From positions 1-48,534 of the forward strand of contig JAZNFZ010000030.1 of NCBI GenBank assembly GCA_045576195.1: DNA of 48,534 bases, in the 5' to 3' direction. Source of the DNA: Eubacteriales bacterium. GTDB taxonomy: Bacteria > Bacillota > Clostridia > Oscillospirales > CAG-272. Below the pieces are notes generated by a model. The model did not search any database. It was not told the origin of the DNA and saw only the letters and a list, made by a program, of their open reading frames with translations. Below are positions 23,601 through 32,781 of this stretch, piece by piece (position 1 is the first letter of the stretch; every line of letters starts with the position of its first letter). The position numbers were made by a program, and so were the translations under genes.

Positions 23601-25541
23601 GTGAAAAGGCGTAAGCCGCGTGAGGGCATTATTTGGCCGTTTCTGCTTTATTTTTCGGATTTTATCTATCACGCCGTGACCAACGGCTTTTTCGGGCGGA
23701 TCTTTACCTCCTACCATACCCTTGACCGTCATTATCTTTCGTCGGGAGTGGGCAGACGACTGAACACCGACCGCGGCGGTAGGCTGCACCGTGTGGTCTG
23801 TCGCAATGTGGCTGCTACCATGGAGCAAAACAGAGTGCTCGGCTTTTTCCGCCGCGCGGCGCGCTCTCTTAGCCTTTGCGGTCTGCGGACCGTGGGGCTT
23901 TTCCTTCTGGTGTCGGGCGTTTACACGGCGGTGATCTACTGGCTGTCGGCGGTGGTCTGGAGCAGCAACTCCCTTGGCTGGGTCACGCTGCCCGCGGGGC
24001 TTATCGCAATGCTTGTGGGCATCCTGCTTCTGTTCTCCGATCTTTCCCTCGGCTTCGCGCTGGGGAAGGGCGTTTTCTTCCGCAGTGTCCTGATGGAGCT
24101 GTTCGGACTCTCGGACGATGCGCTGCGAAATGTTCCCCAAAAGGGGAAGCAGCATTATGTGATCGCGGTGCCGCTGGGTATGGCGGTGGGTGCGATCTCG
24201 GCTTGGCTCCACCCGCTGCTGGTGGTGGGTGCGGTGCTGGCGGTGCTGCTTGCTTCGGTGGTGCTCTCTGTGCCCGAAACCGGTGTGCTGCTGCTCTTTT
24301 TGGTGCTGCCATTTGTGGGCTTTTTGCCCCATAGCAGCCTCTTTGTGTTGCTGGCGGTGCTGCTGCCCCTTGCGGGCTATATCGGAAAGCTTTTGCGCGG
24401 CAATCGCGCCTTCCATACGCGCGTTCAGGATCTTCCCGTGGCCGTTTTGCTTTTGCTGGTGCTGCTCTCCTCCTTCTCTTTGGCAGAGGGGGCTTGGCGC
24501 GGGGCATTCTTTGCGGCCATTATGATGTCGGTGTATTTCCTGGTGCTCAATGTGATGGTAACGCCCCGTTGGATCTCCCGCGGCCGCGCGGTGCTGATGA
24601 TCTCGGCTACGGTGGCCTCTCTTGTGGGTATTCTGCAGTTCGTGCTGCTTGCCGTGGCGCAGGCAGACGGCGTTGGCAATGTGATGGATATCGGCAGAGG
24701 TGTTCGGGCAGGCTTTGCCGATCACACCACCTTTGCCTACTTCCTCACCTGCGTTTTCCCGTTGGCACTCTCCTCGTTCTTTGGCAGTCAGCGGCAGCAT
24801 CGCGTGATGATGGGGCTTTGCTCGTTGCTGATCGTGGTCACCGCGGTGCTCACCTTTGTGCAAAGCGCTTGGATCGCACTGTTTGCCGTGTCGGTCATCT
24901 TTTTCCTGCTTTACAATCACCGCTCGCTGCCCTTCTTCCTGATCGGTGGCGGAGTCTTTGCCTCCCTTTATACCATTCTTCCGTATCGGCTTCGCGCTTA
25001 TTTGCTTCGCCTTTTGCAGGGTGGCGCGGGGAGCTCGCTCTCCGAGCTTTCGGTATCGGAGGTGCTTTTTGCGGATCGGGGGCTGTTTGCCGAGGTATCG
25101 GGGCTTTCTCGCTTCCTGTTCGGCTACGGTCACGGCGGTTTTGAGACGGTCTGCCGCTCGCTTTCGCTTGGCGATACGGCAACACTGCTGCAAAACTGCG
25201 GCTTCTGGCTCTATTTGCTGACCGAGCTTGGCATATTGGGCGTGCTTGCGATGGCGACCTTCATCTTTTTTGTGCTGCAATGCTGCTTCAGCGCGATGCG
25301 GGGCGGCGGAGCAGGGCAGCGGCGCAACGCCGCGATCTCGGGAATTGCCATGATGGCATCCGTGCTGGTGATGGGACTTTTCCGCTATGCCTGGTATGAT
25401 CCTGCGGCAATGGGACTTTTCTTCGCCATCGCGGCACTGATCTTGGCCGAGCTTCGGTATCTGGATCCCGCGCAGGCGGCACCCGAGGCGGGAGAGATCA
25501 GCCGTTCCTATGCGGAGATCGATTATTATGTGGGATTTTGA
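23601..25541 (+). CDS. Large polytopic membrane protein, O-antigen ligase/polymerase (Wzy_C)-like
   Basis: 646 aa with more than 10 predicted TM segments. GTG start after GGGAGGA. The family call rests on general architecture only. Confidence 0.5.
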   Translation: MKRRKPREGIIWPFLLYFSDFIYHAVTNGFFGRIFTSYHTLDRHYLSSGVGRRLNTDRGGRLHRVVCRNVAATMEQNRVLGFFRRAARSLSLCGLRTVGLFLLVSGVYTAVIYWLSAVVWSSNSLGWVTLPAGLIAMLVGILLLFSDLSLGFALGKGVFFRSVLMELFGLSDDALRNVPQKGKQHYVIAVPLGMAVGAISAWLHPLLVVGAVLAVLLASVVLSVPETGVLLLFLVLPFVGFLPHSSLFVLLAVLLPLAGYIGKLLRGNRAFHTRVQDLPVAVLLLLVLLSSFSLAEGAWRGAFFAAIMMSVYFLVLNVMVTPRWISRGRAVLMISATVASLVGILQFVLLAVAQADGVGNVMDIGRGVRAGFADHTTFAYFLTCVFPLALSSFFGSQRQHRVMMGLCSLLIVVTAVLTFVQSAWIALFAVSVIFFLLYNHRSLPFFLIGGGVFASLYTILPYRLRAYLLRLLQGGAGSSLSELSVSEVLFADRGLFAEVSGLSRFLFGYGHGGFETVCRSLSLGDTATLLQNCGFWLYLLTELGILGVLAMATFIFFVLQCCFSAMRGGGAGQRRNAAISGIAMMASVLVMGLFRYAWYDPAAMGLFFAIAALILAELRYLDPAQAAPEAGEISRSYAEIDYYVGF

Positions 25542-25571
25542 TCCAAAACATCCGAGAGGAGGATTTTAAAT

Positions 25572-26174
25572 ATGCACCGTGAAAAAAGTGGTGTCTCGCT
25601 GTCGGAATACGACAGAGAAAAAGGACATCGTGCGGGCGCTTACCGAAAAGGCGGCAAGAGCCGATCGGACGGCGACAAGCGCAAATGGATCTTCTGGGTC
25701 GTGGATATTGCCCTGGTGGCGGTGATCCTTGCGGCCGTGCTCTTTATCGTTTCCTTGCTCACGCCGTTTTCACTGTTCGGTGGCGGCGAGGAGCTGCGCG
25801 GCATTTCCTATACCGTGGAGTTTGCGGGAGTTAACAGCAGCTTTGTGGAAAAGCTGCAGGTGGGAGATGCGGTGACCGATGCCGAGACGGGAAAGGTCAT
25901 CGGTACGGTGAGTGCCATTGATATTCGCCCCTATGAGGTCTATACCGATGTGCCCTCATCGGAAAAGGACGAGGAGCTTGACAGCTTTGTGGTGACCAAG
26001 ATCACCTATCCCGAGGGCTACCATACCATTGCCGTGACCATCAAGACCGACGCCGAATACAGAGAGGGCAGCGGCTATACTGCAGGCGGCACGCGCATTG
26101 CGGTTGGCCGTATGTATACTCTCCGCCTTCCCGCCTACACGGGCGAGGGCGAATGCATTGGATTGGAGGGATGA
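25572..26174 (+). CDS. Single-pass membrane-anchored protein (DUF4330-like), paralog 1
   Basis: 200 aa: basic N-terminus, one TM segment (WIFWVVDIALVAVILAAVLFIV), then a beta-rich domain. RBS GAGGAGG. Confidence 0.55.
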   Translation: MHREKSGVSLSEYDREKGHRAGAYRKGGKSRSDGDKRKWIFWVVDIALVAVILAAVLFIVSLLTPFSLFGGGEELRGISYTVEFAGVNSSFVEKLQVGDAVTDAETGKVIGTVSAIDIRPYEVYTDVPSSEKDEELDSFVVTKITYPEGYHTIAVTIKTDAEYREGSGYTAGGTRIAVGRMYTLRLPAYTGEGECIGLEG

Positions 26175-26176
26175 GC

Positions 26177-26701
26177 ATGGCAGCAAGAGAGGAAAGAAAG
26201 CCCAAAACACATCTCCGCTTCAATCTTCTTGATGCGGTGCTGATCCTGCTGGTGATCCTTTGCGTGGTCGGTGTGTGGCAGCGACATAACCTGCAAAAGC
26301 TGTTTGCCTCCGATGCCGAGACCGAGAGCTTTGCTGTGACCTTTGAGATCAAGCAGCTCCGCAGTACAACGGTGGATCTTCTGGAAAAGGATACCGCCTT
26401 TTATCTGGTGGAGCAGGGCGAGGAGATCGCACTTGGTGTGCTGCAGGAGCGCGTGTCGGCCTCTGCCGCCACTGTCTATCTGCAGGATGCGGCGGGGAAC
26501 ACCGTAACGGCGGTGTATCCCGAGGATAACTACCGCTATTTGCTGGATGTCAACGGCATCCTGACCTGCCGCGGCGTGATGAGCGACGGTACCTTCCTGC
26601 TCAACGGCAGGACCTACCTTGCCGTCAACCAAGTGATGGCAGTGTATACCGAGGCTGCCGATCTTGAAATCCGCATTACGGGTATCGTTCCAATGGCTTG
26701 A
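26177..26701 (+). CDS. Single-pass membrane-anchored protein (DUF4330-like), paralog 2
   Basis: Same architecture (FNLLDAVLILLVILCVVGV, then a beta-rich domain). Start at ATG 26177 after GGAGGG. The ORF track starts at 26153. Confidence 0.55.
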   Translation: MAAREERKPKTHLRFNLLDAVLILLVILCVVGVWQRHNLQKLFASDAETESFAVTFEIKQLRSTTVDLLEKDTAFYLVEQGEEIALGVLQERVSASAATVYLQDAAGNTVTAVYPEDNYRYLLDVNGILTCRGVMSDGTFLLNGRTYLAVNQVMAVYTEAADLEIRITGIVPMA

Positions 26702-26762
26702 TTATAGTCAATTTTCACAGAGTTTTGGTGGCTTTTTGTCAAAAATACCAAAAAAATGCCCA

Positions 26763-26791
26763 TTGATTTTGTGGTTTGCTTTTGCTATACT
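26763..26791 (+). promoter_or_regulatory. Sigma-A type promoter upstream of ptsH
   Basis: TTGATT, 17-nt spacer, TATACT (an overlapping TATAAT follows at 26791-26796). Confidence 0.55.
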
Positions 26792-26869
26792 ATAATTGAG
26801 ATTATGTATCTGTACCCTCGGCCATAGCAGGCTTTAGGGGGGCGGAACAAAGAAATGGAGCACTGTTCT

Positions 26870-27133
26870 ATGATTTCTCGCGAGGTAACCATTACGAATG
26901 CGATCGGTCTGCACGCAAGACCCGCAACCTTCTTCATCCAAAAGGCAAACGGCTATAAGTCCTCTGTCTGGGTGGAAAAGGATGACCGCAAGGTCAATGC
27001 CAAAAGTTTGCTCGGCGTGCTGTCTCTCGGCATTGCCAAGGGTATGACCATCAAATTGATCGCAGAAGGCGCTGACGAAAACGATGCGCTGGACGGACTT
27101 GAGGATCTGGTCAATACCGGCTTTGGGGAGTAA
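26870..27133 (+). CDS. ptsH: Phosphocarrier protein HPr
   Basis: His15 site GLHARPA and Ser46 site NAKSLLGVLSLG. 87 aa counted from MISREV. Confidence 0.9.
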   Translation: MISREVTITNAIGLHARPATFFIQKANGYKSSVWVEKDDRKVNAKSLLGVLSLGIAKGMTIKLIAEGADENDALDGLEDLVNTGFGE

Positions 27134-27173
27134 TCGTATTCATAATAAGAGAGCGGACGTAGTCCGTAAAAAA

Positions 27174-27207
27174 GCGGGGGCGGTCGAGAACGCCCCCGCC
27201 TTTTTTT
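27174..27207 (+). terminator. Intrinsic terminator after ptsH
   Basis: GCGGGGGCG-gtcgagaa-CGCCCCCGC followed by CTTTTTTT. Confidence 0.8.
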
Positions 27208-27219
27208 ACAAGAGGTGAG

Positions 27220-29058
27220 ATGATGCAAGGTGAGAAAAGCCGACAGCGGCTGCTTGAAAAAGCAAATGAGCTTCCCCTGTCTCCCGGTGTATATCTGATG
27301 CGGGATAAGCAAAATAAGATCATCTATGTGGGCAAATCCCGCAAGCTGAAGAACAGGGTCTCGCAATATTTTCAAAACGGGATCAAGCATATAAAAACCG
27401 CCCGTATGGTCTCGCAGGTAGAGGACTTTGACTATTTTCTCTGCGATACCGAGATCGAAGCGCTGGCGCTGGAAAACACTCTGATCAAGCAGCACAGCCC
27501 GCGCTACAACATTCGCTTGAAGGATGCAAAATCCTATCCTTATATCAAGGTGACGGCAGAGCCCTATCCGCGCCTGCAATTTACCCGCACCCGTCTTTCC
27601 GATAAAGGGCGGTATTTCGGCCCTTATTCGGGTGCATCGGTGGTCAGCTCGGTGCTTCGCACCCTGCAGCGGACGCTGCGCCTGCCGGGCTGCAGCAGAC
27701 AGTTCCCCCGTGACATCGGCCGCGAGCGCCCCTGCCTTTACTATCAGCTGGGGCAATGCTGCGGCGTTTGTACGGGCAAGGTCAGCGAGGCGGAATACGG
27801 CGAGCGGATCCGTATGGCTTGCGAGATCCTGCGCGGCGATACCGCCGCGGCACGCCGCAGCGCAAGAGAGGAAATGGAGCGCGCGGCAGAAGCCGAGCAA
27901 TTTGAAAAGGCTGCGGCCTGGCGCGATACGCTGTATGCTCTGGAAAAGCTTTCGCAAAAGCAAAGGGTGGTGGCTGCCCCCGGTACCGATCGGGATGTGT
28001 TCGGCTTTTATCAGGATGATCTCTTTGCCGTGCTTTCGATCTTTTATGTGCGGGACGGCGCGCTGACCGACAAGGAGGAGATCGTGTTCGGCCGCGAGGA
28101 GATCGTGGAGGAGAGCGGCCTGCTGTCCTTTCTGTATGCCCATTACCACAACCGCGCTGATATTCCCCCGCAAATTTTGCTTTCCTTTGCTGCCGCAGAG
28201 GAGGAGCTCGCCTCGCTTTCCGAGGCACTGGGTGCGCTGGCAGGACATCGCGTGCAGATCTCGGTGCCGCAGCGCGGCGACCGTAAAACGCTTTGTGAGC
28301 TGGCGGTGAGCAACGCCCGTGAGCGGGCGAGCGCCGATCGGCGCGAGCAGGAAAAGAGCGACGGCGCGCTGTATCGGCTGGCCTCGCTTCTGTCGCTGGA
28401 GACGGTGCCCGAGCGAATTGAGAGCTATGACATCTCCAACCTCGGCAGGGAACACAAGACCTGCGGTATGATCGTGCTGGATCACGGCAAATTTTTAAAA
28501 AGCGACTATCGCGTGTTCAAGATCAAGAGCGTAGAGGATACCGATGACTACGCCTCGATGCGCGAGGCGCTGTCACGGCGGCTTGCCCATCTCGGTGATG
28601 AGACGGGTGCCTTTGCGGTGCCGCCCGATCTGATACTGCTGGATGGCGGCACGGCACACGTGGCCGTGGTGCGCCGCCTGCTTGACGAAATGGGGCTTGC
28701 GATCCCCGTGTTCGGCATGGTCAAGGACGAGTATCACAAGACCCGCGCCCTTTGCACCGACGAGGGCGAGATCTCAATTGCCAAGGATCGGGAGATCTTT
28801 ACCCTGATCTACCGCATCCAAGAGGAGGTGCACCGCTTCTCGGTGAAGCAGATGAGCGCCTCCAAATCAAGCACGCTCAAGCACTCTGCGCTTGAAAGGA
28901 TCCCCGGTGTGGGGGCAAAAAAGGCCAAGGCGATCCTCGCGCATTTCGGCGGCCTTGGCGCGGTGAAAAAGGCCGACAAGACGGCACTGGCCGCAGCGCC
29001 CGGCGTTGGCCCCGTGCTTGCGGAGGAGATCTATCGTTATTTTCACGAAAGGAAGTGA
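27220..29058 (+). CDS. uvrC: Excinuclease ABC subunit C (UvrC)
   Basis: GIY-YIG N-terminus (GVYLMRD...IIYVGKS..LKNRV), a UVR domain, and a C-terminal RNase H-like plus HhH region. Confidence 0.95.
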   Translation: MMQGEKSRQRLLEKANELPLSPGVYLMRDKQNKIIYVGKSRKLKNRVSQYFQNGIKHIKTARMVSQVEDFDYFLCDTEIEALALENTLIKQHSPRYNIRLKDAKSYPYIKVTAEPYPRLQFTRTRLSDKGRYFGPYSGASVVSSVLRTLQRTLRLPGCSRQFPRDIGRERPCLYYQLGQCCGVCTGKVSEAEYGERIRMACEILRGDTAAARRSAREEMERAAEAEQFEKAAAWRDTLYALEKLSQKQRVVAAPGTDRDVFGFYQDDLFAVLSIFYVRDGALTDKEEIVFGREEIVEESGLLSFLYAHYHNRADIPPQILLSFAAAEEELASLSEALGALAGHRVQISVPQRGDRKTLCELAVSNARERASADRREQEKSDGALYRLASLLSLETVPERIESYDISNLGREHKTCGMIVLDHGKFLKSDYRVFKIKSVEDTDDYASMREALSRRLAHLGDETGAFAVPPDLILLDGGTAHVAVVRRLLDEMGLAIPVFGMVKDEYHKTRALCTDEGEISIAKDREIFTLIYRIQEEVHRFSVKQMSASKSSTLKHSALERIPGVGAKKAKAILAHFGGLGAVKKADKTALAAAPGVGPVLAEEIYRYFHERK

Positions 29059-29063
29059 GCGGC

Positions 29064-29639
29064 ATGATGCGAATTATCACGGGCAGTGCGAGGGGAGTTC
29101 GCCTGAAGACTCTTGAGGGGAAGGATACCCGCCCCACGGCAGAGCGTGTCAAGGAGGCGATCTTTTCATCGCTGCAATCCGAGATCGAAGGGCGGCGGGT
29201 GCTGGATCTGTTCGGCGGCTCGGGGCAAATGGGCCTTGAGGCCCTCAGTCGCGGTGCCACCCATGCCGTGCTGCTGGATGCCTCGCGCGATGCGGTGAGT
29301 GTCATCAGGGAAAATCTGGTCCGCACAAGGCTGGGAGAGCGTGCGACGGTGCTTTGTACCGATGCGCTTGCCTACCTGCGCGCCTTCTCTGCAGAGCCCT
29401 TTCATCTTGTGTTTTTAGATCCGCCCTATGCCGCGGGTCTTATACCGTCCTGCCTTGCGGCACTGCTTGCGCGCGGCACGCTTGCCGCAGGGGCATTTGT
29501 GGTATGCGAAACCGCCGACGCGGGCGACGTGTTTGGCGGTGATGAGGCGCTTGCCGCGCGCTTTTCGGTTTTGCGGGAGCAGCGCTACGGCGCGGCGTAT
29601 GTAACGATTCTGACACCGAAAGGGGAGGGAACGGTATGA
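29064..29639 (+). CDS. rsmD: 16S rRNA (guanine966-N2)-methyltransferase RsmD
   Basis: MRIITGSARGVRLKT..G..TRPT..RVKEAIFS ... DLFGGSG ... FLDPPY. Confidence 0.9.
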   Translation: MMRIITGSARGVRLKTLEGKDTRPTAERVKEAIFSSLQSEIEGRRVLDLFGGSGQMGLEALSRGATHAVLLDASRDAVSVIRENLVRTRLGERATVLCTDALAYLRAFSAEPFHLVFLDPPYAAGLIPSCLAALLARGTLAAGAFVVCETADAGDVFGGDEALAARFSVLREQRYGAAYVTILTPKGEGTV

Positions 29640-30133
29640 GTATTGCATTGGTTCCGGGCAGCTTTGACCCCATTACCGTGGGGCATCTTTCGGTGATCCG
29701 CCGTGCTGCCGCGCAGTATGATGAGGTGGTGGTGGCGGTGATGATCAACGACGCCAAGACCTACCGCTATTCCATTGAGGAGCGCGCCGAAATGGTGCGG
29801 CTTGCAGTGGCAGACATGCCCCACGTCCGTGTGCTTTGGGATACGGGTCGCCTGGTCGACCTTTTTGATCGGGTTGGGGCGGATGTAATTGTCAAAGGGG
29901 TCAGAAATAACAAAGATCGTTCTTACGAAGAAGAAATGGCGTCCTATAATCGCACCTGCAACCCTCGTGCGGTGACGGTGCTGCTGGATGCAGAGGAGGA
30001 GCTTGCCGATGTCAGCTCCACGCTGGCACGGGAGCTGCTGGAGGGGGGTAAAAGCCCTGCGGCGATCCTGCCGCCCGCGGTGCTGGAATATCTGAAAAGG
30101 GAAAAGACGGGGTGCGAAAATGGGTCAAAATAA
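29636..30133 (+). CDS. coaD: Phosphopantetheine adenylyltransferase CoaD
   Basis: PGSFDPITVGHLSVIRRA nucleotidyltransferase motif. ATGA overlap with rsmD. Confidence 0.95.
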   Translation: MSIALVPGSFDPITVGHLSVIRRAAAQYDEVVVAVMINDAKTYRYSIEERAEMVRLAVADMPHVRVLWDTGRLVDLFDRVGADVIVKGVRNNKDRSYEEEMASYNRTCNPRAVTVLLDAEEELADVSSTLARELLEGGKSPAAILPPAVLEYLKREKTGCENGSK

Positions 30134-31049
30134 GCTCTCCTCGGGTGTAGCCACGGCCATGATCGTGGCGGCGGGGTGCCTCTGGGGCACAACGGGCCTT
30201 TTTATCGACCGCTTCAATGCGCTGGGGCTGGGCTCGCTTGATATCAGCTTTTTGCGCTCCTTCTTCGCGGCGCTCTTCTTTGCCGCCTATCTCCTTGTCA
30301 GACGGCGCAAGGCCTTTTTCATCCGCCTGCGCGATCTCTGGTGCTTTCTCGGCACGGGCGTGGCCAGCCTTGCCTTTTTCAATATCTGCTATTTTGCCGC
30401 CATTGAGGCGACCTCGATGGCCATTGCCGCCGTGCTGCTCTATACCGCGCCCGTGTTTGTGCTCTTTCTCTCGATCCCCGTGTTCCGCGAGCGGCTGACC
30501 GCCAAAAAGGGTCTGGCCGCGTTGCTGGTGATCGTGGGGTGCGCCCTTGTTTCGGGGGCGGTGGGCAGCGGTGCTGCTATCACACTCCCCTCGCTCCTTT
30601 TGGGGCTTGGCGCGGGCTTCGGCTACGGCCTTTACAGCATTTTCGGTCGATTGGCGCTGGAGCGCGGCTACGGCTCGGATACGGTCAATTTTTACACCTT
30701 TCTGTTCTGCTCGCTTGCCCTTGCGCCCTTTGCCGATTTCGGCGCGGTCACATCCTCGGTGCAAAAGGACCCCGCGGCGCTTCTTTTGATGATCCTGTTT
30801 TCGCTTCTTGCATCGGTGGCGCCCTATATCCTTTATACCAAGGGGCTTTCGGTGGTGGAGGGAAGCGTGGCCTCGATCCTTGCCTCGGTGGAGCCCGTGG
30901 TGGCCTCCCTGCTCGGCATTGCCGTGCTGAGGGAGCCCCTCCCCGACCTCTGGCAGCTTCTCGGTATGCTGGCGGTGCTTTTTGCGATGATCTTGCCGAA
31001 TCTTCATTTCCGCAGCATTGTTTGCGGGAGCCGCGAGAAAACCAAATAA
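30120..31049 (+). CDS. EamA/DMT-family transporter
   Basis: 309 aa with ~10 TM segments in two EamA-like repeats. Confidence 0.8.
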   Translation: MGQNKLSSGVATAMIVAAGCLWGTTGLFIDRFNALGLGSLDISFLRSFFAALFFAAYLLVRRRKAFFIRLRDLWCFLGTGVASLAFFNICYFAAIEATSMAIAAVLLYTAPVFVLFLSIPVFRERLTAKKGLAALLVIVGCALVSGAVGSGAAITLPSLLLGLGAGFGYGLYSIFGRLALERGYGSDTVNFYTFLFCSLALAPFADFGAVTSSVQKDPAALLLMILFSLLASVAPYILYTKGLSVVEGSVASILASVEPVVASLLGIAVLREPLPDLWQLLGMLAVLFAMILPNLHFRSIVCGSREKTK

Positions 31050-31089
31050 AAAAAGAGCGCGGACCGCTTTGCGGCCCGCGCTCTTTTTG
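31050..31089. terminator. Bidirectional intrinsic terminator between EamA gene and nnr
   Basis: A-run, then GAGCGCGGACCGC-ttt-GCGGCCCGCGCTC, then TTTTT. Confidence 0.8.
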
Positions 31090-31103
31090 CTTTATGACTT
31101 GCT

Positions 31104-32600
31104 CTATGACAGCACCTCACAAAGCCCGTCGATGATGTCGCTTGCCATCACGGCGCGGTTGCCGAGCCGCGCGGCGGCGGCATCGCCCGCGAGGGCGTGG
31201 CAAAGCACGCCGAGGTAGGCGGCCTTATCCCCCCGCGCGCCCTGGGCGAGGAGGGAGGCGATCACGCCCGCCAGCACATCACCGCTGCCGCCCGTGGCCA
31301 TGCCGCTGTTGCCGTAGGTGTTGAGGTATGCGCGCATGCCGTCCGCTGTGACGGTGTGGGCATCCTTCAGCACCACGGTGGCACCCGTTGCCCTTGCCAG
31401 GGCGGTGGCGCTTGTCACAAGGTTGCCTGCGATCTCGGGGATCGGTCGCGCGGTAAGGCGGCTCATCTCGCCGAGATGCGGTGTGAGAACAAGGGACGCG
31501 GGATAGGCGCGGAGCGTGGCGGCAAGGGCAGGGGAGGCGGCGATCACATTCAGCGCGTCCGCATCAAGCAAGAGAGGCTTGCGGCAGTGGGAGAGCACAA
31601 GCGAGGTGATCCTCTCGGTCGGCTCCGCCGTGGTAAGGCCCATGCCGAGGGCTACCGCATCGGCGCGGTCAAGGGCGCGGAAAAGCGCCGTTTCGTCAAG
31701 GGCATCAGGGTCATACAGAGTCAGCAGTGCCTCAGGCAGGCTTGTCTGGTAGATCACCCGATTTTCCGTGGGGCAAAAAATCTCCACCAGACCCGCACCC
31801 GTGCGGTAGGCAGCCTTTGCCGTAAAATACGCCGCGCCGCTCATCCCCACCGAGCCGCCGATCACCAGCACCCGCCCGAAGCTACCCTTGTGGGCGCGGC
31901 GGGGTCTTGGCGGGAGCAGGGAAAGGTCGGATCTCTCGGGTGAAAGGATCGTACTCGCTGCCACGCCCGTATCAATGCCGATGGAAACCGTGTCGACTAT
32001 GCCGCAAAGCTCGGCACCGGGGAAGAGCAGGTGGCAGGGCTTTTTTGCTTCTATGGCCACCGTGCGCGTGGCGCGGAGCGCCGCGCCCATCACGGCACCC
32101 GTATCGGTGTGAAGTCCCGAGGGCAGGTCGATTGCCAGCGTGGGGAGTGAGAGGGCGTTGAGGCGCTCCACCGTCTCCCGATAGCGCCCCTCAAGAGGGC
32201 GGCAGGGCCCCGTGCCGAGCAGGGCATCCACCACGACGCTCACGCCGCTTGTGTCAAGCTCGGTCAACAGTGCGATTTCGGGTGGGAGAAGCGAGAGCTG
32301 CCGCGCGGCCTCCTCGCTCATTTGAGCGGTGTCGGGCGTGCCGTCGGAGTTAGTCGCGCCCAGATAAAGCACCGCTCCCTTGCCGCCGTGGGCGGCAAAA
32401 AAGCGGGCCATGGCAAGTCCGTCGCCGCCGTTGTTGCCGCTGCCGCAGAGAAACAGCACACGCGTGGTGTCAAAATGGCGCTCCAGCAGGTCAAGCGCGG
32501 CGCGGGCGGCGCGCTCCATCAGCACGCGGGCAGGCGTGCCGCTTTCTATGGTGCGCGCATCGGCGGCGCGCATCTCGGCCGCAGTCAGAATTCGAAGCAT
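31104..32600 (-). CDS. nnr: Bifunctional NAD(P)H-hydrate repair enzyme Nnr (epimerase/dehydratase, YjeF family)
   Basis: N-domain GSGNNGGDG and C-domain GGSGDVLAG. 498 aa. Confidence 0.9.
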   Translation of the reverse strand: MLRILTAAEMRAADARTIESGTPARVLMERAARAALDLLERHFDTTRVLFLCGSGNNGGDGLAMARFFAAHGGKGAVLYLGATNSDGTPDTAQMSEEAARQLSLLPPEIALLTELDTSGVSVVVDALLGTGPCRPLEGRYRETVERLNALSLPTLAIDLPSGLHTDTGAVMGAALRATRTVAIEAKKPCHLLFPGAELCGIVDTVSIGIDTGVAASTILSPERSDLSLLPPRPRRAHKGSFGRVLVIGGSVGMSGAAYFTAKAAYRTGAGLVEIFCPTENRVIYQTSLPEALLTLYDPDALDETALFRALDRADAVALGMGLTTAEPTERITSLVLSHCRKPLLLDADALNVIAASPALAATLRAYPASLVLTPHLGEMSRLTARPIPEIAGNLVTSATALARATGATVVLKDAHTVTADGMRAYLNTYGNSGMATGGSGDVLAGVIASLLAQGARGDKAAYLGVLCHALAGDAAAARLGNRAVMASDIIDGLCEVLS

Positions 32601-32781
32601 AATCCCATCCTTCTTTCTTTGATGCTTTTATTTTAGCACATTTTGAAAAAAAGCGCAACACCCAAATGGCGGGCTCTGTAAAAGAAAGAAATGATGTATT
32701 TCGAGCAAAGATTTGTTGTGGAATGATGCGGTATTATATGTTAAAATACAGATAAAGAAGAAAGGCAAGGAGGATCCCCTT

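Noticed and set aside
22752-25280. 842-aa ORF on the minus strand
   Set aside because: It lies entirely antisense to trmD and the polytopic membrane gene, both of which have clear motifs. The translation is low-complexity (H/Q/R/G/K-rich) and there is no RBS. This is a typical stop-poor antisense frame in GC-rich DNA.
26953-28485. 510-aa ORF antisense to ptsH and uvrC
   Set aside because: UvrC on the plus strand is unambiguous. The antisense translation is low-complexity with no recognisable domain.
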